From NCBI GenBank assembly GCA_965116875.1, contig OZ220733.1, forward strand, positions 1,024,001 through 1,088,000: DNA of 64,000 nt. The letters are read 5' to 3'. Source of the stretch: Candidatus Latescibacterota bacterium (GTDB taxonomy: Bacteria > Latescibacterota > UBA2968 > GCA-2709665). Below are positions 37,734 through 47,802 of the stretch, one piece after another. The notes under the pieces were generated by a model that saw nothing but the letters and a program-made list of their open reading frames with translations, searched no databases and was not told the origin of the DNA. A program made the translations under genes and the position numbers. How positions within the stretch are numbered: position 1 is the first letter of the stretch; each line of letters opens with the position of its first letter.

Positions 37734-39191
37734 TCATCCGGATTTCACCTGTTCTATCGCCGCGAACCCCTCACGCCCCTGACGGAAGAGCTCCCGGACG
37801 TCATCGCGTTGCCGGTCGGTATTGTACCGGCCCCAGGTATCGATCCATTTCAGCGAGTCTTCGATTCCGTCCAGAAAAAACCTGGCGGATTCGTTTCGTT
37901 CGGTGGGGGGACGGCCGCACGAGAAATAGACCGGGCTGCTGTGGGCGTAGATGGACTGACCGAAGCTGTCGCGTCCATCGCCCCAGAGCCTTGCGGCGAT
38001 CCAACCGTCGCGGTCGACCTCCACGCGGTGGCGGATGGCGCCCTCGCGTTTGCCTTCGGCATTGTTCTCTGCGTGAATGACGCGGCCGTTCATCACGACT
38101 TCCACGCGATGGACGGGATAGAAGGAATTGAAACCGGACTCGATATCGAGCGCGCCGCCGTTGGGTAACTGGACCGTGGAACCCATCGGCCGGTCGTTGA
38201 CGCTCAGATCGATGGCGGGTCCATTGGTGATGAAGGTGTTGCCCGCCTTCATGCCGGCGATCCAGCTTTCGTAGGAAAACGCGTCGCTGGTGTTGACATA
38301 CACACGGTTGTTGGAGCAGACGAACCAGTCCGTGCCGGTGGATGCGGGCAGGCGGATGCCGCAGTTGAGGAGTTTGTACCAGAGATCGTACTCGGGGTCC
38401 ATCCAGAAGGGATCGAACAGGTTGAAGGCATCCAGCTTGCCCAGCACCGCCGCAACCGGCGCCTCCATGCCCCGGCCGTTGTGGCACCAGATGACGATAC
38501 CGCCCTGGTCGCGCGCTTCGTCGCAGCAGAAGCAGAGCGGAGGATAGTCGGGGTCGAACTGGGCGGTGAGGATATGGCCGCGGCTCACGGGCTGGACGAG
38601 GTTGCGGATGTTGAGAAACATCACGTGTCCGTACCCGAAACCCCAGGGGGAGTTTTCGCCGTAGTGGCGGTTCTCTTCCCCGATGTCCAGGACGTGATGC
38701 GCGGTGGTGAAGTCATTCATCACGCCGATGGGATATTTGTTGCTGGCGTAGGGGAGCTGCCTTCTGTCCAGGACGCTGACGACGGTCACGTTGTAGCCTT
38801 CGACGCTGCAGTCGATGGCCAGCCGGTCGTCCGGCCGGGTCTCCTTCTCATCGTAGTGGATGTGGGTGTTGCCCGGATACCAGTTGTTTTCCTGCGGGAA
38901 GTACCATCGGTTGAGCCTGATCTCGACGTCTTTCGCGCCGTGTTCGGGCATGTCCACCACCGTACGTGACGGCTCGAATTCGGTCCCCCGCTCCACCAGT
39001 ACGTCGGTGCGCCCGCGGCCCCCCCGGACCTCGAAGGAACCGTCGCAGAAGAAGAACGGCGTACCGGGACCCCGCTTCAACACGGCCTCCCGCGGATGGG
39101 TAAACCGGCCGTCGGAGGTCAGCACGTGGACCTTGGCGTCGATCTGCTCGCCGGTCGCGCCGTCGACAATATGCCCTCGCAGGATGCCCAT
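37734..39191 (-). CDS. CehA/McbA-family PHP-like metallohydrolase
   Basis: GNTHIH, GEE..GH, WCH, WYKLLNCG..ASTGTD and TFITNGP motifs. Confidence 0.75.
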   Translation of the reverse strand: MGILRGHIVDGATGEQIDAKVHVLTSDGRFTHPREAVLKRGPGTPFFFCDGSFEVRGGRGRTDVLVERGTEFEPSRTVVDMPEHGAKDVEIRLNRWYFPQENNWYPGNTHIHYDEKETRPDDRLAIDCSVEGYNVTVVSVLDRRQLPYASNKYPIGVMNDFTTAHHVLDIGEENRHYGENSPWGFGYGHVMFLNIRNLVQPVSRGHILTAQFDPDYPPLCFCCDEARDQGGIVIWCHNGRGMEAPVAAVLGKLDAFNLFDPFWMDPEYDLWYKLLNCGIRLPASTGTDWFVCSNNRVYVNTSDAFSYESWIAGMKAGNTFITNGPAIDLSVNDRPMGSTVQLPNGGALDIESGFNSFYPVHRVEVVMNGRVIHAENNAEGKREGAIRHRVEVDRDGWIAARLWGDGRDSFGQSIYAHSSPVYFSCGRPPTERNESARFFLDGIEDSLKWIDTWGRYNTDRQRDDVRELFRQGREGFAAIEQVKSG

Positions 39192-39315
39192 ATAAAACTC
39201 CGGGATAATCGTTTCAAGTCACAAGCGGAGCGACTGAGACAGGCGAACCTTCGCCCCGGCTCCCTTTTCTGCGACGAGAGGGCGAAGTACGCCAGCATAT
39301 CGCATGCACACCAAC

Positions 39316-40476
39316 CTAACTGCCAAAGGCCCGGGCGAAAACCAGAAAGTCGCCAAAGCCGATGGCGCCGTCTCCGTCCAGATCATACCCCGCATCATAC
39401 CCGGCATCGCCTTGATTCAGGCCGAAGTTCGAGGCGAACTGCAGAAAGTCGGCGAAGTCAACCGTGCCGTTGCCATCGAAGTCCGCACTGGCGGTTTGAG
39501 GATTGATGCGCGGCGCCAGATTCCAGAGCACAATCGTACTGTCCTGACTCCCACTTGCGAGGATCCTACCGTCCGGAGAGAACCGCACGTTGTAAACGGG
39601 CCCGGTATGCCCTCGTAATGTGTCCGCCTCCCTTCCACCGGCCACGTCCCACAATCGAACCGTATGGTCTTCACTTCCGCTGGCGATGGTACTACCGTCC
39701 GGTGAGAACGTCACGGAAAAGACATCCCCGGTATGCCCACGTAACGTGGCCATACTCCGACCCCTGGCCACATCCCATAGTCGAATCGTTTCGTCTGCGC
39801 TGGCACTGGCGAGAATACTTCCGTCCGGCGAGAATGTCACCTCCGAAATCCAATCCTCGTGGCCCCAGAACGTGGCATTCTGCGAACCCCTGCCCACGTC
39901 CCACAGCCGAATCACACCGTCACCACCTCCACTGGCCAGTGTCCTCCCGTCAGGTGAGAACGACACGGAATAAAGATTCATAGCCTGCGCTCGCAATATG
40001 GCTTTCTCCTGACCGCCGGCCACATCCCACAACAGAATGTCCACATAACAGACTGCGAGTGTACTTCCATCCGGTGAGAACGACAAGGAGAGACTACCCA
40101 TTGTATATTGCTGCAGCGACGCCTTCACGCGAAGGCTGACTACATCCCAAAATCGAACGAATCCGTCGGCACTGGCCAGGGTTTTTCCATCCGGCGAGAA
40201 CGACAAGGAGCCTACAAGCCCCGCGTGACCCGTCAGCCTTGCCTTCTCCCGTGGCTTGACCATGTCCCACAATCGAATCGTAGCGTCCGCGCTCCCGCTG
40301 GCGAGTGTTGCCCCATCCGTTGAGAACGACAAGGAAACAACCGAACCCCTATGCCCTCGCAGTGTAGCACCGCGTTCGGGCAAACTGATGGGATGATTCT
40401 CTTGAGCGAGGCTGTTCTGCACCAGAAGGACGCTGACAAACAGTAGGGCAAAGGCAAATCCATAGCTCTTATTCAT
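39316..40476 (-). CDS. secreted WD40-repeat protein with C-terminal twin EF-hand/dockerin-like domain
   Basis: Signal peptide, seven FSPDG..LAS..LWD repeats, DFDGNGTVDFADF...DLDGDGAIGFGDF tail. Confidence 0.9.
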   Translation of the reverse strand: MNKSYGFAFALLFVSVLLVQNSLAQENHPISLPERGATLRGHRGSVVSLSFSTDGATLASGSADATIRLWDMVKPREKARLTGHAGLVGSLSFSPDGKTLASADGFVRFWDVVSLRVKASLQQYTMGSLSLSFSPDGSTLAVCYVDILLWDVAGGQEKAILRAQAMNLYSVSFSPDGRTLASGGGDGVIRLWDVGRGSQNATFWGHEDWISEVTFSPDGSILASASADETIRLWDVARGRSMATLRGHTGDVFSVTFSPDGSTIASGSEDHTVRLWDVAGGREADTLRGHTGPVYNVRFSPDGRILASGSQDSTIVLWNLAPRINPQTASADFDGNGTVDFADFLQFASNFGLNQGDAGYDAGYDLDGDGAIGFGDFLVFARAFGS

Positions 40477-40539
40477 CGGACATCCCTCTAGCTCGACACT
40501 GGCGGATGAGTCCGCCTTGACGGAGTATTGCGCGCCCGG

Positions 40540-41694
40540 CTAGCTGCCAAACGCTTTCGCAAAGATCAGAAAATCATCGAATGCAATTGCGCCGTCGCCG
40601 TCTATATCATATCCAGTGTAGTAACCGACATCGCCAAAACTCAGCCCGAAATGCGCGGCAAACTGCACGAAGTCCGCGAAGTCGACGGCGCCGTTTCCAT
40701 CGAAGTCCGGACTGGCGGGCTGAGGCGTGATATGCGGAGACATATTCCACAGGACAATCGATCCGTCCCTACCCGCACTGGCGAGAATCCTCCCGTCCGG
40801 CGAGAACAACACGGAAGCAACCCAACCCGTATGCCCACGGAGTGTGGCCTTCTCTTTTCCCATGGCCAGATCCCACAGTCGAACCGTATCGCCACCGCTG
40901 GCCAGAGTACTCCCATCGGGTGAGAACGATAAGGACGAAACCGAGCCCTTATCCGTTTGTAGTGTTGCCTTCTTCCGTCCGGTGGCAACATCCCGCAATC
41001 GAATCGCACCGTCTCTGCCGTTACTGGCGAGAATCCTCCCGTCCGGCGAGAAAGACACGGAATTAACCGAACCCGCATTATCCCAGAACGTTGCTACCGG
41101 CTTACCCGTGTCCGCGTCCCACAATCGAACCGTCGTGTCGTTGCCTCCGCTGGCAAGCATTCGCCCGTCAGGCGAAAACGCCACGGTAAAAGCACTGGGC
41201 GAATGACCTCGCAGGCTGGGCTTCTCACGGCGGCTGGCTACGTCCCACCAATGAATGTCTCCAAGGCAGGCGGCGAGCGTGCTTCCATCCGGCGAGAACG
41301 TCAAATCAGAAAAAGCCCTCATATGCCCCTCCAGCGGCGCCTTCTCCTGACCGCTGGCCACATCCCACAATCGGACGTTTTCATTGCTGCTGGCCAGGGT
41401 CTTCCCATCCGGTGAAAACGCCACGGAATTGACAAGCCCCGGGTGCCCCGTCAGTCTGGCCTTCTCCCGAAGGGCGACCACATCCCACAATCGGATCGTC
41501 GCGTCATTGCTCCCACTGGCAAGCGTTTGCCCATCAGGCGAAAACGACAAGGACGAAACCCCTGAGGTGTGTCCTCGCAGAGTGACGCGGCCTTCGTCCA
41601 AACTGACGGGATTGTTTCCTTGAGCGAAGCTGTTCTGCGACAACAGGACGAAGACAAAGAGGACGGCAAGATCTAAACTGTAGCTCTTTTTCAT
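40540..41694 (-). CDS. secreted WD40-repeat protein with twin EF-hand/dockerin-like domain (tandem paralog)
   Basis: Same architecture; start MKKSYSL at 41694. Confidence 0.9.
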   Translation of the reverse strand: MKKSYSLDLAVLFVFVLLSQNSFAQGNNPVSLDEGRVTLRGHTSGVSSLSFSPDGQTLASGSNDATIRLWDVVALREKARLTGHPGLVNSVAFSPDGKTLASSNENVRLWDVASGQEKAPLEGHMRAFSDLTFSPDGSTLAACLGDIHWWDVASRREKPSLRGHSPSAFTVAFSPDGRMLASGGNDTTVRLWDADTGKPVATFWDNAGSVNSVSFSPDGRILASNGRDGAIRLRDVATGRKKATLQTDKGSVSSLSFSPDGSTLASGGDTVRLWDLAMGKEKATLRGHTGWVASVLFSPDGRILASAGRDGSIVLWNMSPHITPQPASPDFDGNGAVDFADFVQFAAHFGLSFGDVGYYTGYDIDGDGAIAFDDFLIFAKAFGS

Positions 41695-41870
41695 AGGATA
41701 CCCCTTTCTTTTGCAGAAAGGAAACAGTCGCGATTTCTCTGAGTCCGCGTTCACCTGGCAAGCGCGCGAACGACAGCTTTCGGTTCGTGGTCGATAACGG
41801 TCAGGAGGACACGGGCTGCCCGATCCGGAACGCGACGACCCCTTGCAGATCCGCTTTCCGGTCTGATTCA

Positions 41871-43142
41871 TCAGCCTTCGTCCTTCGCCTCTCCCGTCGC
41901 TTCCCGGTATTCGGCGATCCGCTTTTCGGCTTCTTCTTCGGTATAGGATCCGATAACTGCGCCGCTGTGTTCCGGAAGCTCGTAGGATGCCGTCTTGCCG
42001 ACGTGGGGCGTCAACTTTTCCCGCAGGTCGTTTGCCGTCTCGTGGTACATCCCGTCCAGAATGGAATCCATCTCCTCCATCGTCAATCCGCCGCCGAAGA
42101 TCGCCCCGCTCACGTCGGTCTCTTCGCCGATGGACTGCGTCATGCGCTCCTCGAATGAATCCGGGTAATCCACGTGGCTTCTTACACCCTGGAACTGCGC
42201 ATCGGCGAGGTCCGCACCCTGGAGATGCGCGCCCACGATGAAGGCACCCTGCAGATGCGTTCGGCCCAGCGTTGCGCCGCGCAGCATCGAGCGGGCAAGG
42301 TCGGCGCCCTGCAGGTTCGCCCGGGACAGGCTCGCGGCGTCGAGTCGCGCCCCCACCAGGTCCGCGCCCTGAAGCCTCGCCCACGAGAGTCCGGCCACCT
42401 GAAGGTGCGCCCACGACAGGTCCGCGCCCTGCAGTTGCGCCCCGACCAGGTCCGCACCCTGAAGCCTCGACTCCGCAAGATTGGCGCCGCACAGGTACCC
42501 GGCACAGAGCGTCGCTCCGTTCAACCAGCTTCCCTGAAGGTCGATGCGAAGCCCCTGGCAGATACCGCGAGGGGAGGTGAAGAGCAGGTTAAGCAGGCTC
42601 TGTACCTCCTCCGACGGATTCGACCTGTACCTTCTCCGATAGGTGTCCTGTTCCGTGGCGCGGCGGATATGCGAGCAGAGAATGTCCAGCACTGGCTGTC
42701 GTAACGATTCGGTTTCCTGCGCGAGGTGGAAGAGTTCGTAGGCGCCGCCCAGGCGGACCGCAACGGACTCGTGCCCCAGGTGTTCGACGCCGTAGTGCAG
42801 GCGTTGATGCCTCAGTCCGTGTTCGGCGTCACGGCTCGCGCGTGCCTGCTCCGCCGTGGCCCGGGCCTGCTCGACAGCCGCGTCGGCCTGTGCTTTCGCA
42901 ACCGCGTCCATCGCTCTGGAGCGTTTGTAGGCCATCAGGGCGTTCAGAGCAACCAGGACGCCGGCAGCGCCGATCCCCAGGAACTTGAGCGTATCGGCTT
43001 TCTGGTGCATGCCCAGAACCGAAGACATGGAATACGCGGCCCCGGGTACGAACAGGAAGCACACGAATGCCCCCAGTGCAAGCACAAACAGGGCGATCAG
43101 CACGGTCTGCAGAACCAGGAAAAGATTCATCGAGTCCTCCAT
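41871..43142 (-). CDS. membrane-anchored pentapeptide repeat protein
   Basis: Two N-terminal TMs, VRLGGAYEL, and repeated LQGADL units. Confidence 0.85.
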   Translation of the reverse strand: MEDSMNLFLVLQTVLIALFVLALGAFVCFLFVPGAAYSMSSVLGMHQKADTLKFLGIGAAGVLVALNALMAYKRSRAMDAVAKAQADAAVEQARATAEQARASRDAEHGLRHQRLHYGVEHLGHESVAVRLGGAYELFHLAQETESLRQPVLDILCSHIRRATEQDTYRRRYRSNPSEEVQSLLNLLFTSPRGICQGLRIDLQGSWLNGATLCAGYLCGANLAESRLQGADLVGAQLQGADLSWAHLQVAGLSWARLQGADLVGARLDAASLSRANLQGADLARSMLRGATLGRTHLQGAFIVGAHLQGADLADAQFQGVRSHVDYPDSFEERMTQSIGEETDVSGAIFGGGLTMEEMDSILDGMYHETANDLREKLTPHVGKTASYELPEHSGAVIGSYTEEEAEKRIAEYREATGEAKDEG

Positions 43143-43293
43143 GTATAGTGGCGGTTTTCAGCATTGGGATCAGCTGTTGTCGCGCGCCCCTGGATATGTC
43201 GGGCGCAGCCGCGCATGGCGACTGTATCGGGCAATTGGAAATATCCAGCCTGATGCCGCCATTGGCAAACAAAATTCGCGGCACCGCCCTGCT

Positions 43294-45825
43294 TCACGCC
43301 ATCAGATCGTCCCGGCCCAGTTCGGTAGCCGGCGTTCGGCTGGCGCGCGCCGCGGGGTAGAGGCTTGCCAGCAATGCCGCGCCGAGTATGGCGGCCACCT
43401 GCCGGAGAACGGATCCCCAGGGCCAATAGACCTGTATGGTCCATCCGAAATACGCCCGGTTGATCTCGAAGACAAGTATCCCCGCAAGCAGCACGCCTCC
43501 CAGAAGCCCAAGCCCCGTTCCCAGCAGTCCGAAACCCATGCCCTGGCCCAGAAACAGACGGAAGACCTGGCCGCGCTTCGCACCGACCGCGCGATACAAC
43601 GCCAGTTCGGTCACCTGCTCCCGTACGAGAACAAGAAGCATCAGCATGACGCCGCAAACGGCAATCAGCAGACTCATCCCCTGCAGAATCCGCGTGACCA
43701 GAAACGTCTGATCGAAAATCCGGAACACCTCGTCCCTGAGCCGTCGATTGCTGCGAATCTGGAGCGGCGCATCCGAATACTGCGCTTTCAGATGTTCGAT
43801 CACCGTGTCCGCCTCCCAACCTGGCTGGAGGAAAAGCGCCGCCCCGTTGACCGGCCCGGGTCCGAAGGTGGCCTCCAGTGTCTTCAGGTCCATGACAACC
43901 GCGCCGCCGCTCGTATGGTAGTCGTAGTACACACCCGCCACGGTAAACCGGACCTCGCCGTCCGGGCCGGAAACCGCGATTTCGTCACCGGACCACGTAT
44001 CGGTCCCGCGGGCAAGCGTCTCTCCCACAAGAACCGCGGACTCCTCTCGCACCCGTCGAAACGCCTCATCCACGTTTCCGTCTAGCAGCGGAAAACGTAC
44101 CTCGCCTCCGGGAAGCGCCATGTCCACCCCGGCCAGTCCGATCTGACGATCGCCGGACCAGCCCGGGAAGCCGCGGAGCCGGTCCACCATCGCCACGCCC
44201 GGATGACGCGCCAGGTCCTCAACCAGTTCGTCATCCAGGGTACCCTCGTTTCCGCGCCCCCGCCAGGAAGCGGGCGAAATGTACACATCCGCGCGGACCG
44301 ACGCGTTGACCCAGACTTCCATTGTCCGCCGGAAACTTCCAACCATCAGCGTGATGCCCACCAGCATGCTGACCGCTATGGCCAGAGACGCCACCGCGAA
44401 CGACGTCGTCCGGATACGAACAGCCAATGACCTCAGGCTGTAACCCGGCCCGAATCCCCTGACGCGCACGCGGCCGCAAACCTGGCTGATCGCGAATGGC
44501 GCGCACAGCGGAAGACCGATGAGGAGCGCCACGCAAAGGACGAACCCGGCCGGTTTCCATTCCCTGCCCCACCCGAGGTACCAGACGCCAGCCGCCGCAA
44601 TGATGCCCACTCCGGCGAATAACAGCCGCAGTACCAGCGGACCCGTCCGCTCCTGAAGCGGAACTGCCGAAAGCAGGGCCCGGGTATCCCGCCGGCTCAT
44701 GTCCAGCGCTGGCGCCAGGGCGCCCGCCAGGGCGCCCCCCATCCCGATCGCCACACCCAGCCCATAAAGCCATCCCGGCAGCCTGAGGGATGAGATTTCC
44801 TCCAGCAGGTAGAGATTGGTGAGCGTCGCGCTAACGACCTCCAGGTTCACCTCGGCGGCCCAGTACCCCAACGGCAGGCCCAGCAGCACCCCCACCGCCC
44901 CCAGAAGCGCCACTTCCCCCAGTATCAGCGCAAGGACCTGAGCCCGCGTGGCGCCCAGCGAGCGCAGAAGTCCGAACTCCGTCCGCCGCCGTATCAACCC
45001 CGCCTGCGTGCTGCTGTATACCAGGAACAGTCCGACGAACAGGCTGATCAGGCTCATCGCCGAAAGATTCAGCCTGAATGCCGAAAGCAGACCCTCCGCC
45101 TGCTCCGACCGCTGGCCGGGCGTTGCCACGCGCACTCCGGGGCCGAGCCTTTCCTGCAATCGCCTTCGGACGCCTGCGGGGTCCGCGCCCCCGGCGACCC
45201 GCACGTCAATCTGATGAAGCTGGCCCTTCCGCCCCAGCAGCGCCTGCGCTTGCGCGATGTCCATAACCACCAGTTTCCGGCTGGCTACCGGGCTCAGCGC
45301 CTGGAAGTCCACCAGCGCCCCCACGCGCAGACGCACCTGCCGAACCCCGCTTTGCACTTCGAACGTGTCGCCCACGGACCAGCCGAGCCGCTCAGCCAGT
45401 GCCGGCGTTACCGCGCTCCAACCGTCTCCTGCGAGCGCGGCGGAGATATCGCCGGGGTCGCGCTGCCACGGGATCCGCATCGGCGTAAAGAAGTCGACCC
45501 CCAGCACCTCGAGAAAGAACCTCTCCCTGCCCGCCAGCGCCACGTCCATCCGGTACAACGGCCAGGCCGACGCCACACCCTCCACGGACAGCACTTTGGG
45601 GTACGACCGTTCCGAAAACGCCGGCGTTCTTCCCAGCACGCTCAGGTCCGCCTCCCCGCTTACCGCCCGTACGGTCCCCTCGAACGCGGCCAGCGCGTTG
45701 AAATTCACAATCTGAATGGAGAGTACCGAAGCAACGCCAAGCGCCACGCCGAAAACGGTCAGAAAATAGAGGCTGCCTCCCGCGCGAAGCTGGGCGCCGA
45801 GAGATTTCGCGAAATAGCGGGTCAC
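43294..45825 (-). CDS. FtsX-like double-domain ABC permease (AttF/G-like)
   Basis: GVALGVA, MDIAQAQ, FRLNLSAMS, FDQTF and INRAYFGW motifs. Confidence 0.85.
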   Translation of the reverse strand: MTRYFAKSLGAQLRAGGSLYFLTVFGVALGVASVLSIQIVNFNALAAFEGTVRAVSGEADLSVLGRTPAFSERSYPKVLSVEGVASAWPLYRMDVALAGRERFFLEVLGVDFFTPMRIPWQRDPGDISAALAGDGWSAVTPALAERLGWSVGDTFEVQSGVRQVRLRVGALVDFQALSPVASRKLVVMDIAQAQALLGRKGQLHQIDVRVAGGADPAGVRRRLQERLGPGVRVATPGQRSEQAEGLLSAFRLNLSAMSLISLFVGLFLVYSSTQAGLIRRRTEFGLLRSLGATRAQVLALILGEVALLGAVGVLLGLPLGYWAAEVNLEVVSATLTNLYLLEEISSLRLPGWLYGLGVAIGMGGALAGALAPALDMSRRDTRALLSAVPLQERTGPLVLRLLFAGVGIIAAAGVWYLGWGREWKPAGFVLCVALLIGLPLCAPFAISQVCGRVRVRGFGPGYSLRSLAVRIRTTSFAVASLAIAVSMLVGITLMVGSFRRTMEVWVNASVRADVYISPASWRGRGNEGTLDDELVEDLARHPGVAMVDRLRGFPGWSGDRQIGLAGVDMALPGGEVRFPLLDGNVDEAFRRVREESAVLVGETLARGTDTWSGDEIAVSGPDGEVRFTVAGVYYDYHTSGGAVVMDLKTLEATFGPGPVNGAALFLQPGWEADTVIEHLKAQYSDAPLQIRSNRRLRDEVFRIFDQTFLVTRILQGMSLLIAVCGVMLMLLVLVREQVTELALYRAVGAKRGQVFRLFLGQGMGFGLLGTGLGLLGGVLLAGILVFEINRAYFGWTIQVYWPWGSVLRQVAAILGAALLASLYPAARASRTPATELGRDDLMA

Positions 45826-46538
45826 GCGGTCGTCCGCGGCCGGGGCGTATGGCTCAGCTCTCCGCTGTGCAGTTCCCAGACCTCATCGGCAAGCGTGGCG
45901 AACTCCCGGCTGTGGGTTACGTATACCAGCGTCGCACCCTCGTGATCAACCAGTTCCGTCATCAGTTCCATCACCCGCCGTCCGTTATCGTCGTCCAGGT
46001 TGCCCGTTGGTTCGTCCGCCAGCAGCAAACCGGGGCGCCGCAACAACGCCCGGCAGATGGCCACCCGCTGCTGTTCTCCGCCCGACAGCTTCTGCACCGG
46101 GTCCCCCGCGCGGTCGCCCAGGTCCACGCGTTCCAGGAGTTCCATGGCCCGGGGGCGGTACAGCCGCGGCTTTTCCCCCGCGATCATCGCGGGCAACGCG
46201 ACGTTGTCCGCGACCGGCAGGTGCGGCATCAGATAGAAAAACTGAAAAATGAGTCCGACCTCGTCGCGGCGCAGTTTCGTTCGAGCTTCTTCCGGCAGCG
46301 CGCTCAGGTCCCGTTCGCCCACCCTCACCGTCCCTCCGGTGGGAACGTCAATGCCGGCCGCAAGGTGCAGAAGGGTGGACTTCCCGCTTCCGCTGCGTCC
46401 GACAATCGCCACCTTCCGGGCTGGCTCGACGACAAACGACACGCCACGCAGCGCGTAACGAGATCCGGCTCCCGCATCGTAAACCTTCGAAACGTCTTCA
46501 AACGAGAGCGCGTGCGCCGTTGCGAACTCTTCATTCAT
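45822..46538 (-). CDS. ABC transporter ATP-binding protein (LolD/AttE-like)
   Basis: [17 protein letters not shown] and ADEPTGNLD motifs. Confidence 0.9.
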   Translation of the reverse strand: MNEEFATAHALSFEDVSKVYDAGAGSRYALRGVSFVVEPARKVAIVGRSGSGKSTLLHLAAGIDVPTGGTVRVGERDLSALPEEARTKLRRDEVGLIFQFFYLMPHLPVADNVALPAMIAGEKPRLYRPRAMELLERVDLGDRAGDPVQKLSGGEQQRVAICRALLRRPGLLLADEPTGNLDDDNGRRVMELMTELVDHEGATLVYVTHSREFATLADEVWELHSGELSHTPRPRTTA

Positions 46539-46689
46539 CCGGGTGTTACCGCCGTGAAGCGCGAAGGACGGCCGCAGCCGTGCCGGCGCTGGAGATTACA
46601 GATGGATTGAGGTTGCGATTCCGGTTGTTTTCCCGTATCTATTTCAGCACGGATCGCGATACCCAGGAACCTCAGGTGAGGAACTTGAT

Positions 46690-47745
46690 TTGCCGTTCAT
46701 CAGGAAAAAACACACGCTCACAAGCCTGGCACGGACCTGCGGGTGAGCGGCCAAAGTCAGTCCGGTCGGACTGAAGAAGCTTCTGGACGGCCTGCCTCAA
46801 AACGCCGATCCGAATCTGATGGTGGGATTTCAGTCCAGCGACGACGCCGGCGTATACCGATTGGACGATGAGACCGCCCTCGTGCTCACGGCGGACTTCA
46901 TCACGCCTCCGGTGGACGATCCGTACGTTTTCGGACAGATCGGCGCGGCCAACGCCCTCAGCGACGTCTACGCCATGGGCGGTCGGCCGATCGCGTGCCT
47001 GAACCTGATTGGATTCCCGTCCCGTCGCCTCGGGCCGGAGGTCCTGGAGGGGATCGTAGAGGGCGCCCTCAGCAAAATCACGGAAGCCGGCGCCGTGCTG
47101 GCGGGCGGGCACACCACCGACGATGAGGAACCCAAATTCGGCCTGTCCGTAACCGGTGTCGTACACCCCCGAAAATACTGGCACAACGCGGGAGCCCGTC
47201 CGGGCGACCTGCTCATCCTGACCAAACCCATCGGCAGCGGCGTACTCTTCAACGCCAATCTGAAAGGATTGGTCTCGGACAAGGCGATGCAGGAATGCCT
47301 GAATACGACAACCGCCCTCAACAGGACCGCGGCGGACGTCATGGCCGGGTTCAACGTACACGCGGCCACCGACGTGACCGGTTTCGGCCTGGCCGGCCAT
47401 GCCCTCGAAATCGCGAGGGGTTCCGGGCTGACCCTGGAAATCTCCACGGCGGACGTTCCGGTGATGCCGGAAGCCCTGGAAATGTACGGAAAGGGCGTTG
47501 GCACCGGCGCAAACGCAGCCAACAGGGAACTCATCCGGGACGCGACCCGCTTTGACGCCGTCCTCCCCGATCGCCACGACGAGATATTCGTCGATCCCCA
47601 GACCAGCGGCGGTCTGCTGGTCTCGGTCCCTCCCGACCAGGGCAGGAGCCTCCTGGCAGGCCTGCACGACGCCGGAGAGGGAGCAGCGCGAATCATCGGC
47701 GCCGCGAAGCCCCTGGACGGGAGCGCACAGATCATCTTTGCATAA
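46690..47745 (+). CDS. selD: selenide, water dikinase, selenocysteine-containing
   Basis: SDDAGV, DFITP, ANALSDVYAMGG, TDVTGFGL and DPQTSGGLL motifs. The frame extends upstream through TGA 46744-46746 (LTSLARTCG-U-AAKVSP) to a TTG after GAGGA. Confidence 0.9.
46757..46774 (+). promoter_or_regulatory. bacterial SECIS hairpin
   Basis: TCAGTCC-GGTC-GGACTGA; the loop starts 17 nt after the in-frame TGA and begins with G. Confidence 0.8.
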
Positions 47746-47802
47746 GTGTCCTGCCCCGAAAACACCTCACCAACCGGGACATCCGTGTCCGGGACAGAAC
47801 GC
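47746..47802. mobile_element. internally deleted copy of the GTGTCCTGTCCC-ended miniature element
   Basis: GTGTCCTGCCCCGAAAA ... CGGGACAGAACGC fills the gap between the convergent selD and trmB stops. Confidence 0.5.

Noticed and set aside
39316-42480. Periodic DNA repeats as a CRISPR array
   Set aside because: They are coding repeats (WD40 and pentapeptide); there is no repeat-spacer structure and no cas gene.
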